Source: the human T2T-CHM13v2.0 reference genome, Homo sapiens
Strand: one strand, 5' to 3'
DNA length: 64,000 nt
NCBI RefSeq assembly: GCF_009914755.1
Contig: NC_060944.1
In this document: positions 31,493 to 44,832 of the stretch, in pieces
How the letters are laid out: every line of letters begins with the position of its first letter
Position numbering within the stretch: the stretch's first letter is position 1
The notes under the pieces: model-generated
Databases searched by the model: none
The model's input: only the letters and a program-made list of their open reading frames with translations
What the model was told of the DNA's origin: nothing
Program-made: the position numbers and the translations under genes

Positions 31493-32398
31493 CTGAAAAG
31501 AAAAAGTTTCCATTTATGACAATTCACTTTATAAAATCACAAGAATTTAGAAACAAACTTCTCAGAAAAGAAGGCAAGTACAACTAGTTTCATTCCCTTA
31601 TAAGACAATACAAAACAAAACAGTATTCCTGTTTGTTTATTCTCCACCTAAGAGAGTTCTTACTTGAACCTTGAGTACCACCCACCACTCAGCCCTGCTC
31701 AGGAGACCGTGGAGCCAATTCAGGGAGGTCGGAGCTGACAGGAGCCAGCAACAACGGACCAGCTAGAAGGCTGGAGGTAAGCAGGGGCAGGTCTGGGGAG
31801 GGACATGACTTCCTGTTACGGGATGAGGAAGTAGAGGTTCATGGAGGAGGCAGTTTTTGACACAGGCCGTGAAGAGGGATGGGTTTGTACCTCTGAAAAA
31901 CAACTTTGCTGGTGGAGCTCCTAAATGGACCAATCTCTGCTCCCTCCCCACCAACATAACTCTCTGGGCATGAAAAGAGAAACCAGCTCAAGTGAACTAG
32001 CACATGCTCCCCAACCACAAGCTTCTAGATGACCTGCCCCCACTCATGTATGGACACTGTAGGATCTACCATGTGTTCCTAGAGTTGCCCCTCTTGTACT
32101 AGACAGTTTTGCTAAACCACAGACTGCGGATAGATAGGCGGGGGTGTGGGGAACTTAGCACAGTGACAACTCCCACTGGGGCTGATTAGCAATACAGCCA
32201 GTTCTTCCAAGGGCCCCGATCAGCCAGGGTAAAACCTCACAATGCTGGGGGCTCAAAGTAGTTATCCACTGTCAACACACCTTTGTACATTTTCCTCAGT
32301 AAACAAGGTTGTTTGTGCCATTTACAGAGTACTGACCAAGGAGTTGGCACTTTGGGAGAATACACTAGCATCTGAGGAAAAGTAAAAACAGCTTTCTG

Positions 32399-32595
32399 GA
32401 GCCAGGCATTGTAGCTCACACCTATAATCCCAGCTACTTGGGAAGCTGAGGCAGGGTAATCGCCCGAACTCAGGAGTTTCCTGAGGCTACAGTGAGCTAT
32501 GGTTGAGCCACTGCACTTCAGCCTGGGCAAGAGTGAAACCCCTGTCTCTTAAAAACAAAACAAAACAAAGCAAAAAACAAACAAACAAACAATAA
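32399..32595 (+). mobile_element. Alu monomer (FLAM/FRAM-like) with (CAAAA)n tail
   Basis: Single Alu arm. Confidence 0.85.
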
Positions 32596-34289
32596 AAAGC
32601 TTCCTTAAAATTCTGCAAGGATTACTCAAGAAAAAAATGTGTTGCTCTTCAGTCTGTAACAGTGTGGTACCAATTGCTTTTGCAGTCCTAACACTGTGAA
32701 TCTATGTGAACATACATATTATGATTTTCAAATTATATAACGTTAGCAATAATGCAGATGATTCTGAAGAGTTGTTTTTCTCTGATAATTGTATAAGAGC
32801 TTTTCATGCAAAAATGTGCCCTGGCTCTTTGAAATAATGCATGTAAGGTGCTTATAAAGTCTTATGAGCTGCCAATTTCACACTATATTTACTGCACCAA
32901 AATAAAACTGGGCACACAGCTGTGAAAATTCCTAGCAAGGAACAAATTTACTGTGTGAAAGCAGGTAGCAATGAAACTAGTATCACCAACCCACATGAAT
33001 ATTAACCTTCCTATGATCTATACAATCTTGACAAGGAATCCTTGAGTGCCTTGTGGAGAATTTGCCAGTTCCAAGGAAGAGTTCAGTACACTTCAACTCT
33101 AATGCAAACTGCTAGCCCATCTACCACTAACTGAGCCCTCTTTCTGAAGCCAGCTTCACTCAGCTGGCTCCTACTCACCCTCACTAGTCAGCTAAAACAT
33201 CCCCATCTTACCCCCAAGACTAGGTCTGCACCTCTGCTGTGTGGCCCCCACTCTATGCTTCCCTGTCACAGAACACATCACACTTTACTTAATTCTGGTG
33301 GAATTCTGATTGAATTCCTGACTTAATTCTGATGGAATAATCTGTCTCGTCTATGAGACATATTCCCTGCCCTCACAGAACCCACAGTCTATCTCGTGAA
33401 TCATTATGTCCCATGCATCTAGCACAATATTTAGTTCAATATTTTCTTGAATTGAGAATCCATGAATTAGCCTACACATACAATGATAAAATAATGACTA
33501 CAACTTATAAACCTACAGGGAAGAAATAGCCTAACCCTCAATCCTTGGGGCAATCAAAAGACAAATCTCATCTCATCTCTGCTGAGGACTTCTGATTTCC
33601 ATCTGCAGCCCTGACATCTCCCACTGTGGGCTCTAGTCTCACAGACTGCTGCCAGCTGATTTCTCCACGTGAGGGTCTTAAAGGCCTCTCAAATTAAACA
33701 CGTCCACAGGGAAGTCCTCCATCAGATCCTGTTCTTCCCTCTGGCTTTTCCGTCCCAGTAAGTTGGAACCTCCATCCACCCCGCTGCTCTGGCCAAAGCC
33801 TGGGCATCATTCCTCACTACCCATCCCCAGTATGCCATTCTGTTAGCCTGCCTTTAACACGTACGTGTTCCAGCCCTGGACTGCTTCTGCTCTCCACGGC
33901 CCTGCCTGGTCTGTGTGGCCATGAACCCTCACACAGGCTGTGACCTCTGCCCATTGCCTGGGTTCCCTGCTTCCACTCTTCTTCCATTCCCCATAGCGGC
34001 CAACTCGAATATTTAATAGAGTCAGTCAAATCAGACCACTCCTCCACTCAAAACCTTCCATCTGCCTCCAGTAGTACTTAAAATCCGAACTCTTTACCAT
34101 GGCCGGGCAAGGCCCTGCCTGATTTCCCCCACTCAACACGAACTTCACTGCACACCACTCTCCCCTTCACTCCCTATCCTCTAACCACTGTGGATTCTTT
34201 CCATTCCCCAAACTTCCCGAACATATTCTTCACTTGGGGCCCCTGCAGGATGCTACCCCCACTCCCAGATCTTCATGCAGCTGGTTCAG

Positions 34290-34809
34290 TGTATGAGACA
34301 AAGTAGCAAATGTAGACACTATGTCTGTTCATCCTGCTTACATAACAGCAGAATTGCACAAAACCCCTTGCCAGCAGAATTTTACAAAGCCCCTGACTCA
34401 AAGACTCGGCGCAGCCCTTGAGAAGAATGCCCTGAAGATGATAAGCAGGATACAGCACCGGTTCCCACATCTCCTGCCTGAATCACCACATTTTCAAAAA
34501 AGATACACTCGTCTTAGCCCTTGCCTCTTCCTGTATATAAGATAATATCTGACAGGATTAATGACTACGCCTCTATAATCTATAACCAGATGGACCCTCA
34601 CACCCAAACCTTGGTAAGATTTTGCTCTAATGTAACTTCTGAGCACACTTAATGTAACTTCTGAGCACATGCAGAGTGCGCCACCTGTATATAAACTGTG
34701 GGCTAAAGCACTACTTTGGAACAGTCTAACAGACACTCTCTGACTCTCCCTGGTTGCGAACCTCAGCAAGACTTCTGAATAAAACTAACTTTAATTTTTT
34801 TAATCAACA
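34290..34809 (+). mobile_element. Probable ERV1-type solo LTR inserted in an L2
   Basis: TG...CA ends, TATATAAA at ~34689, AATAAA at 34778, L2-like sequence resumes on both sides; family not identified. Confidence 0.6.
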
Positions 34810-36908
34810 GGTCTCCTCTTTCAGAACCTGGGTCACACATGACTTCCTCAAAGAAACCTGCAAGTGCCCCCATGTGTCACTCCACATTTCCTCCTCCCCC
34901 CGGCCCTCTCTCTTGGTAGGCTCTGCAGTGAACGTGCCTCAGAATGCCATAAGCTGGCAAACAATTTCTCTAGCATGGAGGAGGTGGGTGTGCTGATGCA
35001 GCAAGCTGGCACAGAAAGCTACTGGGAGATCAACAAGTCCCCATCTTTCCCTCCCTTATTCCCTCATTCCCTCAGACACTCAAGTATCAGCAAACCAAAC
35101 AAAGAGGGTCCTCAGCATGTTTAAGGATCCCTCTTACACACTGAGATGTCCTCATGAGGCCAAAAGTCCAGGTAACAACCACCTTTATCCTCAGCCATCC
35201 AATATCTTTCTTGTGGATAAGGCATTGGTGGTGTTGAGCTTAAGTACTCACTAACAAGACAACTAGATACATTCCAGGGAACCCAAAACACAGTGAACCC
35301 AGAAGCATAGCATCTACAGCACACTCAGTTTATGTACATGTGTTGAGAACTCCTCAGTGGTCTGGGCACGCTCTTCACACAATTCCCCCTGACAGCACTT
35401 CAGAAGAGTTGAAATCATCCCTTTATTAATTTGCTGCCTCGTTGTCTGGCTGCTAGAATGTAAGCGGCATGAAGGCAGAAATCTCATCTGCTTTGTTCAC
35501 TGTTGCATCCCCAGCCTGAAGAACGGAGCTTGGTACAAGAAAGGTACTTAACACATTTGTTAAATGAATAACCAAATAACAAATATCAGATATTTTATCT
35601 TTAATTCAAAATCTAGAATCATTTCTTGATTTGTCTTTTTTTAAAAGACTCATCAGAAGAATATTTATAAAGCAAGCATAGGTCTCAGGGAAGACAATCA
35701 CAGGCAATGGAATTTAGCAACCTGCGAAAAGAAACACAAGAAAGGATCAAAAGCCTAATTTTTAACAAGGCTAATTTCAAGAAAAACAGAGATATAACAG
35801 GAAGGCTTTGCTCAATTAAAAAAAAAAAAAGACAACTATGACCACAAACTTCCTTCAGACAGGCAATCTTGACCCACTCATTCAAACATTTACTAGCCCC
35901 TATCCATGTCAACAAGTGCGGTGCTAAGCTTTAAAAAATTCAAAGAGAATAAGACCCGAGGCCCTCAGGGGTGCACAGGTAAACAAACAAGTAACAGAAC
36001 AGGCACCATGGCTGAAGCCCATGCTGGACACCAAAACAGGGAGTGGACAAGGCCACATGGGGAAGCTAGGAATGCTAATGTCATACATTTATGTCATGTG
36101 TTATGCTTTAAAGGAAATGTTCATGAGTTTATTTTATTTGACCCTCACCATAGCCCAATGAAATAGATGGGCAGGTGTGATTAAGAGAAAGAAACCTCAG
36201 GGTCAGGATCTCCAGTGACCTGCCCAAGGTAACACAGCCTGTTGGGGACGTCAACAGAACCCCTGCTCTGGTCCTGCGACTCCATAACTGAGTGGTACAA
36301 AGGGACAAATGGGAATAAATCAGTCAGGAATATAAAAGAAATAAATCATCACCTTGAGGATGAGCAGGAGAGCCAGAGGAGAAAGAGCAGGAGGAAAAGC
36401 CCAAGGTAAGAAACAGGACTGAGTGACACTGAAGAAGCAGCTCCTGGAACTTGCCCCACAGCCTCTCAGGGCTGTAGGGAAAAGGGAGGGAGGGCAAGGC
36501 CACGCTCCAGAGTCCAGATGGGAACCCGCCTTTGAAGGGATGGCTTCCAGGGTTTGGCATGGAATGGATGCTAGCACACTGGCTTACTACTATTACAGAA
36601 CTCAGGGAAGCATGTCCAAATTAACCACAGAGAAGCAAACGGCAGACAGCCTGGCAGAGCTAGAGGTCATTTCTGAATTTTTAAAGAAATCTCCTTTAAC
36701 TTCTCATTTTCCTGCACCACCAACCAAAGATAATCTTCTACATACCACCCAAAATCACCCTCTTCCACTCCTTTGTCCAGCTAAACCTCTTGTTGATTAA
36801 GTATTTCTCCACATCTAGCTGGAAGGCAACAGCAAAGGTTGAGGGCAAAACCTCTGGGGCAGACTGCCTGGATTCAAATGCAGAAGCCACAGGACCTTGG
36901 ACAAGTTA

Positions 36909-37240
<332 letters not shown>

Positions 37241-38860
37241 TAGGGCTAACAATGGTTCTTACATCACACGGCTGCTGTGATGATAAAATGAGCATATGTA
37301 GAATGCTTATAAGAGCTTCAGTCAGCATTATAGAAATGTCAGTAGTTTTAGAATTACTTTGCTCCTGGCAAAGGTCACTAATCCTAATACAGCAGTAAGT
37401 ACTACCAGTATACACACCCACAAAACCAGTGGGATTATCCATCTATTTCCTTCCACATATAATCCTCTTCAATAGCAATTCTATTGCTTTTTATTTGGAA
37501 GGGTCATAACACAGTCTCACAAAAACCTGCTTCAGCAGACCCCTAGAAAGCACCAAAGGAAGGGAAAAAGTCCTCATCTCACTCAGGAGCCCCAGTGGGA
37601 TGCTATCAAGGGAGGAAGGAGCTCGTGTTCAGTTCTCCTCTAATAGGGAATGACCCCCCTGCACCTTCTATACTGCCTACACCCCTCCATTCCCAAGCCA
37701 GAACTAAGAGCCATCCAAGCCCTGCCTATAGTCCTGTGTGTAGATGAAGATAGGTGTCCTTTACTATTTTAGTGAAATTCCCTGGATAATGGCACTGAAG
37801 GCCTGATGATCAAGATAACAGGCTGGTGATAGGAAAAAGGGTAAGTGAAGAATGTAAGGCAAACTTGACAACTTAATAAAACAGTCATTCAGAAGCACTC
37901 AGTGAGAACAAGGAAAATAATGAAGTGCAAAAGAACTAGTCAGACACAAGACAGAAAATGCAGACAAGGATGGATATCATTAGTAATGCACCATTACTTA
38001 CTTATAGGCTAATATGATTCTGGCGATTTCACATTTAAACAGCTGCCTAGGTCCCTGGGTAGTTTGCAGAAATGCCACAAATCATTCCTTCCTTCCATCC
38101 ACACATTTGGATGGTGCCCAACCACAGTGATCCAGGACTGATCTCCTGACTTGCTTTGGCCAAAAAGGCCTTAAAAATGTGGCAGTGGTTGCTGGGAGAG
38201 CCGCAAGTAGTTGCTGATCCAAGCAAAATGAGAAAATTCATGAAAAGCTGAACCCAACCCACCAGTCTGGAGCCAACCCCAGGCAACCGTCAGTGAGAAG
38301 AAGAACCACCCCAGCGAATACAGACCCAACACAGTGAGGGAGAAAAATGGATGCCTGTTGCTGTAAAGCTCACGGAAGCTGCTAGGTTTGGGAAGGTTTG
38401 TTATGCAACACTATTATAGAAATGGTGGTGCAGAAGAAGAAACTCAGTACAGAACAGCCTCACTGGTCATAAGAGCCAGCAAACCTATGAAGAGATACCC
38501 CCAAGTATAACACATCATCCCCTCCATTAAAGAAGGAAAAGCAGGAAAAATGAATCCAAGTTACAGAGGCTTGCCCACTGACACAAACTTTCTGTCAACA
38601 GTGATCCATGCTAGCCAGAGTGAAGGCAGGAATTCCTTTTCCTGACACCAGCCAGTATGTTTCGGTACCTCCTATGCGTGCAGTAATGTGCTAACTGCAG
38701 GTTAGAAGCTTATCTACATCAGGAGGCAAAAACCTACAAAATAAGACTTTCCAGATTCAGCAGGCAATCAGATCATTAAACAGGAGGTATACCAGGGATG
38801 ACTGGCTTTAATGGCCAATCAACACTCTTATCATCATCATCATTATTAAAGAGAAATTCA

Positions 38861-39016
<156 letters not shown>

Positions 39017-40053
39017 GTATCCTGGACTGATTATTTGCAAATACAAAGTATTCATGTGGATGAAAATACTAATTTACAAAGCAGAAAACTTAATGCATCA
39101 GACAAAAGACTCCAGCCCCAGTGCTATCATGGCGTGAAACTCGAGATCTGGTCAAAGATGCGGTGTGACAAGCCCAGGTGGGGAAGGATGGAATAGGAAG
39201 TGGGCTGTGAAGGAAGCACAGAGTCCCCTTAGTCCCCTTAGCTAAGCCCTAGTCATCCCCACAAGTCAGTTCACAGGTAAGGACACCTTGCCCAGCTCCT
39301 CACATACTGCTCTTAGATCCCCTCCTACTTCTATACCTCAGTCTCCCCGACCAGACTGTTAGCAGAGAGTGTCAGGTCTCCATTCAGCCAAAGCACAGGT
39401 ATTGAATACATGTGTACTAAATAAACACATCAAACAGCAGAATTTAGATATACAGAGAGGCTTCATAATTAATCCTTTCAAGCATTCCTGAAGGTCACAG
39501 CAAATAACAAAAATGATTTTTTAAAAATCGAGGTAAAACCTCTTACAATAATGGACCAAAAAAGATTCCTCCAAATCAGGAGTCAGGACTACTACCCTAG
39601 ATACAGATGATAAATTACTAAAAGTAACAAGCAATGAAGGTCCACCCTGCAGCTAGTATTAATTTCTAGTAAATAGTAACATTTTCAAAAGAATGATGGA
39701 GCAAATGTATGTTCATCCCTTAAGTTACCAATAGCATTCATATTGTTAAATTACCTTTTATATACCATCTATTATATAAAAGTCTCTATGTTATGTAAGA
39801 AAAATCTGAAATCAGAAACATCCTCCTCAGCACTAAAATTTTTAAACTTGTTGATATATTTTAAGTGAATTTATGTTAATTTAATTATATTCTTTTACCT
39901 TTTAACAACTTATTTTTTACAAAACAGCAAGGAATTATCACCATCATATTTGTTTTACACACACATATATATTATGCCTGCTACAAATGTAAAACTTAAG
40001 GCATAACTATGAGTAAATATTACCAAAATCACACTTTCTAAAAAATAAAATAA

Positions 40054-40364
<311 letters not shown>

Positions 40365-41249
40365 TCAGGCCCGCAATTTCCTCCTCTCAATTAAAGTGAG
40401 GAAAATTGGTAGAGATCACAAAAAAAGACTCTTAATACAATTGTTACAAGGAGTTTCAAAAATTAAAGAAAATTAACATAAACACTCTCAGTTAGGGAGC
40501 TCACTCCTCCTGCAGATTCAGCCAGCAGCTCAGGGCAGAGGTTCCCTCAGTTCCTGGCCTGTCATCTGAGTTCCATCCCACAAACCGAAATACCAGCAGC
40601 AAATCCCTTCCTGGATTTTCTGCTTCAAGAAAATCCACCCCTAACCTCACTCACCCTTCCCCAAACCTTCCCTGTCCACTACCCCCCTCATCTCTGTCAT
40701 ATCTTTTTCAGTCTAAGGTTATTTATAGAATTTCTGCAAAGCTTTATGAACCAAAAGACATAAGTGTATTCTACAAGTACACTTGTCTAATATCATCAAG
40801 ATTTCGTATTTCAGAAAAATTCTCTGAAGTATTATACTTTCAATCTGCACCCACTTTAGCATAAACATCACTGGAAACATGTGATATGGAATTACTCCTG
40901 AAGTCATCCAGAACTTAAGTAATAACATACTCAAGATAACCCTGGCCCCTCCTTTAATACACAGCACCCCACCAGAGTGATGGGAGATCCTCCCCTTGCT
41001 CCTTGCAAGACCCCCCATTCCCTCCTCCTTACCTAGCTACCATGAGCTGCCTAAGAAACCAAACTCAGTAAGGAGACTATAATTAGAAGTAATCATTGAC
41101 CACCCCCTAGGTACACATCAGGAGATATCCCATCAGGCCTTGCACTCAGGTTTCCATCCATCTCCTGGGAAATCCAATTCCCACATGATCTTCATCTCTG
41201 ACTGTCACCCCCACACAGCTCTGGGCATCACTAATCTCACCCTAGCTTC

Positions 41250-42080
41250 CTCACCCTACCCTCCCACCCACTATATCCAATAAAGCTCACCAAATTCCGT
41301 CTTCTATGCCACCTGTAAAGGCTGTTTCCTTTCAGCTGTACCTGAAACCTGGAAGTCCCCTCAGCACACTGCTTCCTTGCAGTCTGCCTGGTAAGGCTTT
41401 TGTCTTCCTCCTACACTCACATACCACCAGGCCTAAGATGAGATAGGTGGCCCCCTTGCTCCCCACTGCAATCTCCAGACCATTCTGGTCCTTCCCTCAC
41501 ACACAGAGTGCTCCTCTGCTGCTCACACCATCTACCTCCAACTACATCTGTGCCAACTTTCACTGACTGGAGTTGCACAATATTTCCCACATCCCAAGAC
41601 ACTCTCCCGAAGATTCCAGGGCCCGACTGTCTTTCAGTATATTACTAGCACTGTCTTCACTCCTGGTGGTTTCAACATTTATATATATGATGCCTGACTC
41701 CCCCATTTCTAATGAGGTTGTCCTCTACCCTACCTCTGCCGCCCACACCCACAGCCAGATCCTAGACCTGATGGTTACTTACAATCTTCCCACCTGCAAG
41801 CCTCAGTTTCAAGAAATCCACTCTCTCGTCACCCGCTATTTCTTATCCTTCCCGCCCACTCCTTCTGGAACCCTAAGTCCAACAACTCTTCAACCTTACT
41901 GGGTCCTTGAATCCAATAACCCCACCACCTTGTCACTATCTCTGATGCCCCTCAAGTCCTCACTTCCCTTCTTTCTCAATTTAACTTCCACAGTTCCTCT
42001 TTTTAGTCAGTCATTTCACTGTCCTTCAACCCCTCTGCCTCTTTCTCCCTCTAACGTATTCACACAATAAAACCCCAGTC
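41250..42080 (+). mobile_element. L2/CR1-clade ORF2 endonuclease fossil
   Basis: Conceptual translation AVPETW (41335-41352) and HTHSQILDLMVT (ORF 41573-42070) resemble APE motifs xTETW and TH..G..LDL. Confidence 0.65.
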
Positions 42081-42491
42081 TCAGTTTCAACCTGATTCAA
42101 TTGAAAGTATTTATCAGAGCACAGGCCATGTACGGGATACAAAGGATTTTTTACAATTTTGTATTAAATATTTAATCCATGTGAAAAAAACCAGTTTTGT
42201 ATATACATAATTTATGATGTATAATAAAACAAACACCTTAAATCACCCACCCAACAAAAGCATCCAGTCCAATCAGGCTTTGACACCACTCCCCGACACA
42301 GTGCTAAGGAGTTCCACACCGCTAATCCAATGGCCAATTTTCACTTCTCTCCAGGGCCAATAGCAGATACCCATGTAATCTGTGTCCAAGCACCACTAGC
42401 CTGGTCCATCAGAAGGAAGGGGAGCCTAGAATCCTGACATAAAACTTCTGGATGTATGGTGGGGCCTAAAGTGTATATTCCTATTCCAAGT

Positions 42492-42882
42492 GATATAGTT
42501 TGGATATTTGTCCCCTCCAAATCTCTTGTTGAAATCTGATCCCCAGTATTGGAGGTGGGGCCTGGTGGAAGACATATGGATCATGGGGGTGGATTCCTCA
42601 TGAACATCCTGGTGCTGTCCTTACAGTAATGACTGAGTTCTCTATTAGTTCCCATGAAAACTGATTGTTACAAAGAGGCTGGCACCACCTCCTCTCTCTT
42701 ATCATGTGACGCCCACTCCCCTTTGCCTTCTACCATGAATGGAAGCTTCCTAAGGCCCTCAAAAGAGGAAGATGCTGGTGCCATGCTTCTTGTATAGCCT
42801 GCAAAACCATGAGCCAAATAAACTTCTTTTCTTTATAAATTACCCATTATTCCTTTATAGGAACACAAAGGGACTACGACCA
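42492..42882. mobile_element. MST-type MaLR solo LTR
   Basis: tgatatagtttggatatttgtcccctccaaatctc ... aataaacttcttttctttataaattaccca. Confidence 0.9.
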
Positions 42883-43089
42883 TAGGAAATGAAACAAAGT
42901 CATCTTTTAGCTCCACTGACAGGTTTGTTTCTTACATACAATTACAGCCATGTTGTACATACCTGTTTAAATTATAAAAAAATTTTCCATAAATATATAT
43001 TCAAAAATTTATCATAACTGACCATTTATTTCCACAAGCATTCTTCATAGTATTTTAAACTAAAAACTGAGAGCAGCCTGGAGCAGACA

Positions 43090-43650
43090 CTGTTGCTTTC
43101 TCTCCAGCTCCTTCACCTCACCCACCAACCACAAACAGACCCTCCCTCTTCCTAATAGAGCCTCCATTTGCTCAGGGATCTCCTCCTCCACAAAGCAGTG
43201 CCCCTCTCGGAACCTGGCCTGTTCGCAGCCCCAGAGGGAGGACCTGATACTGCTGAGCCAATTATGGTGGCAACATGCTCCTTGCCAGTGACTCAAGCCT
43301 GTGACCCAATGCTGATCAATACAAAACAACAGAAAGTCTGATGAAGATAGCTGAGAAAAGCTTTACTGATTTTAAGGAAGAAGTGTGCCTTTTTTTCCTG
43401 CCTTTGGATATCATTCTATCTGGGTGCAATGGCTGTGGGCATTTTGCCACCCTGAGGACAAACCTGCCACACTAAGGATAGCAAAGCCAAGAGGTGGAAA
43501 GCATCTGGACTGTCAACATCACCGAACTCATGAATTAGCCAACTCTGGGGCCTCCCTGCCTTGGGACCTCTTTTTATAGGAGAAAGAAATTCTTATTACT
43601 TGCTTATATTTGAGTTTTTTGTTACTTACAACCAAAAATATCCTTGTAGG
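43090..43650. mobile_element. Old MLT1-type LTR
   Basis: gtgacccaatgctgatcaat, ggccattttgccaccctgagg, tttttgttacttacaaccaaaa patterns. Confidence 0.6.
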
Positions 43651-44513
43651 CAGACAGCTGAAATAAAATTTGCCAATTCCAACAGGAAACAAACACTAGT
43701 GTCAACTGAAATGATCACAGAAATTATAATATTAATCCTACTTCATTTCTGAAAGCATATTGTTTTCATTTCTTTATTCCTATAAAGTAAACCAGATGTA
43801 GAACATCAAATTCTTAGAAATCAGATAAATAGTAACACTCCATTATCCAGGAGTGATAGTCCTTGTGTAAAAGTAATTCTGTATAAAGATATAGTCCAAA
43901 TACTTAGTGTTAAAGTTTTTAAAAGTAGAGCTATTTTTACTTAACATTTTTGACACACGTTTCTCAAATACAGGATTCTAAAACTTTGTTTTTAACAGAT
44001 ATCAAATACCAATATAATAAAACACACTATAGAAACTGATATCCAAATCAAATGTGAGTTATATTACATTTTAATATATTTATCTATCAGGAATCAAGTT
44101 TCATTAGACATTTTAAAGTCAATGCACACTTGGACCTCCTTTTCTTGATCTGAATTGGAGCTAGCCTACATTATAATCAAAATCGCTCCTGAGGGGAAAA
44201 GTTGGAGACAGAAATAAAATGACTACAGCCTAGGAGCTGTAGTCACCTCCACCCCTCTAACTAAGGAGGCAGGAAAGTGATGAGGAGAGTGTTTACAGCT
44301 GTCGAATAATGTCTCATGTCAAATAATTATGATTAACAGTAATAACAGCTCACAAAACAGCTTTGTATACATTGACTCAACCTCCAACAACCACAGGATG
44401 GTGGGTACCATTCTTACCCCCACTAGAAAGGGTAGGTCACTGCCAAGACTCGAACCCAGACAGTCAGGCTCCCATACTGTTCACCCAATTAAGTGTAATA
44501 CTAATAGAAAGTT

Positions 44514-44832
<319 letters not shown>

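Noticed and set aside
44220-44245. Hairpin tgactacagc-ctagga-gctgtagtca
   Set aside because: A 10-bp stem is within chance expectation for 64 kb; no miRNA or snoRNA features.
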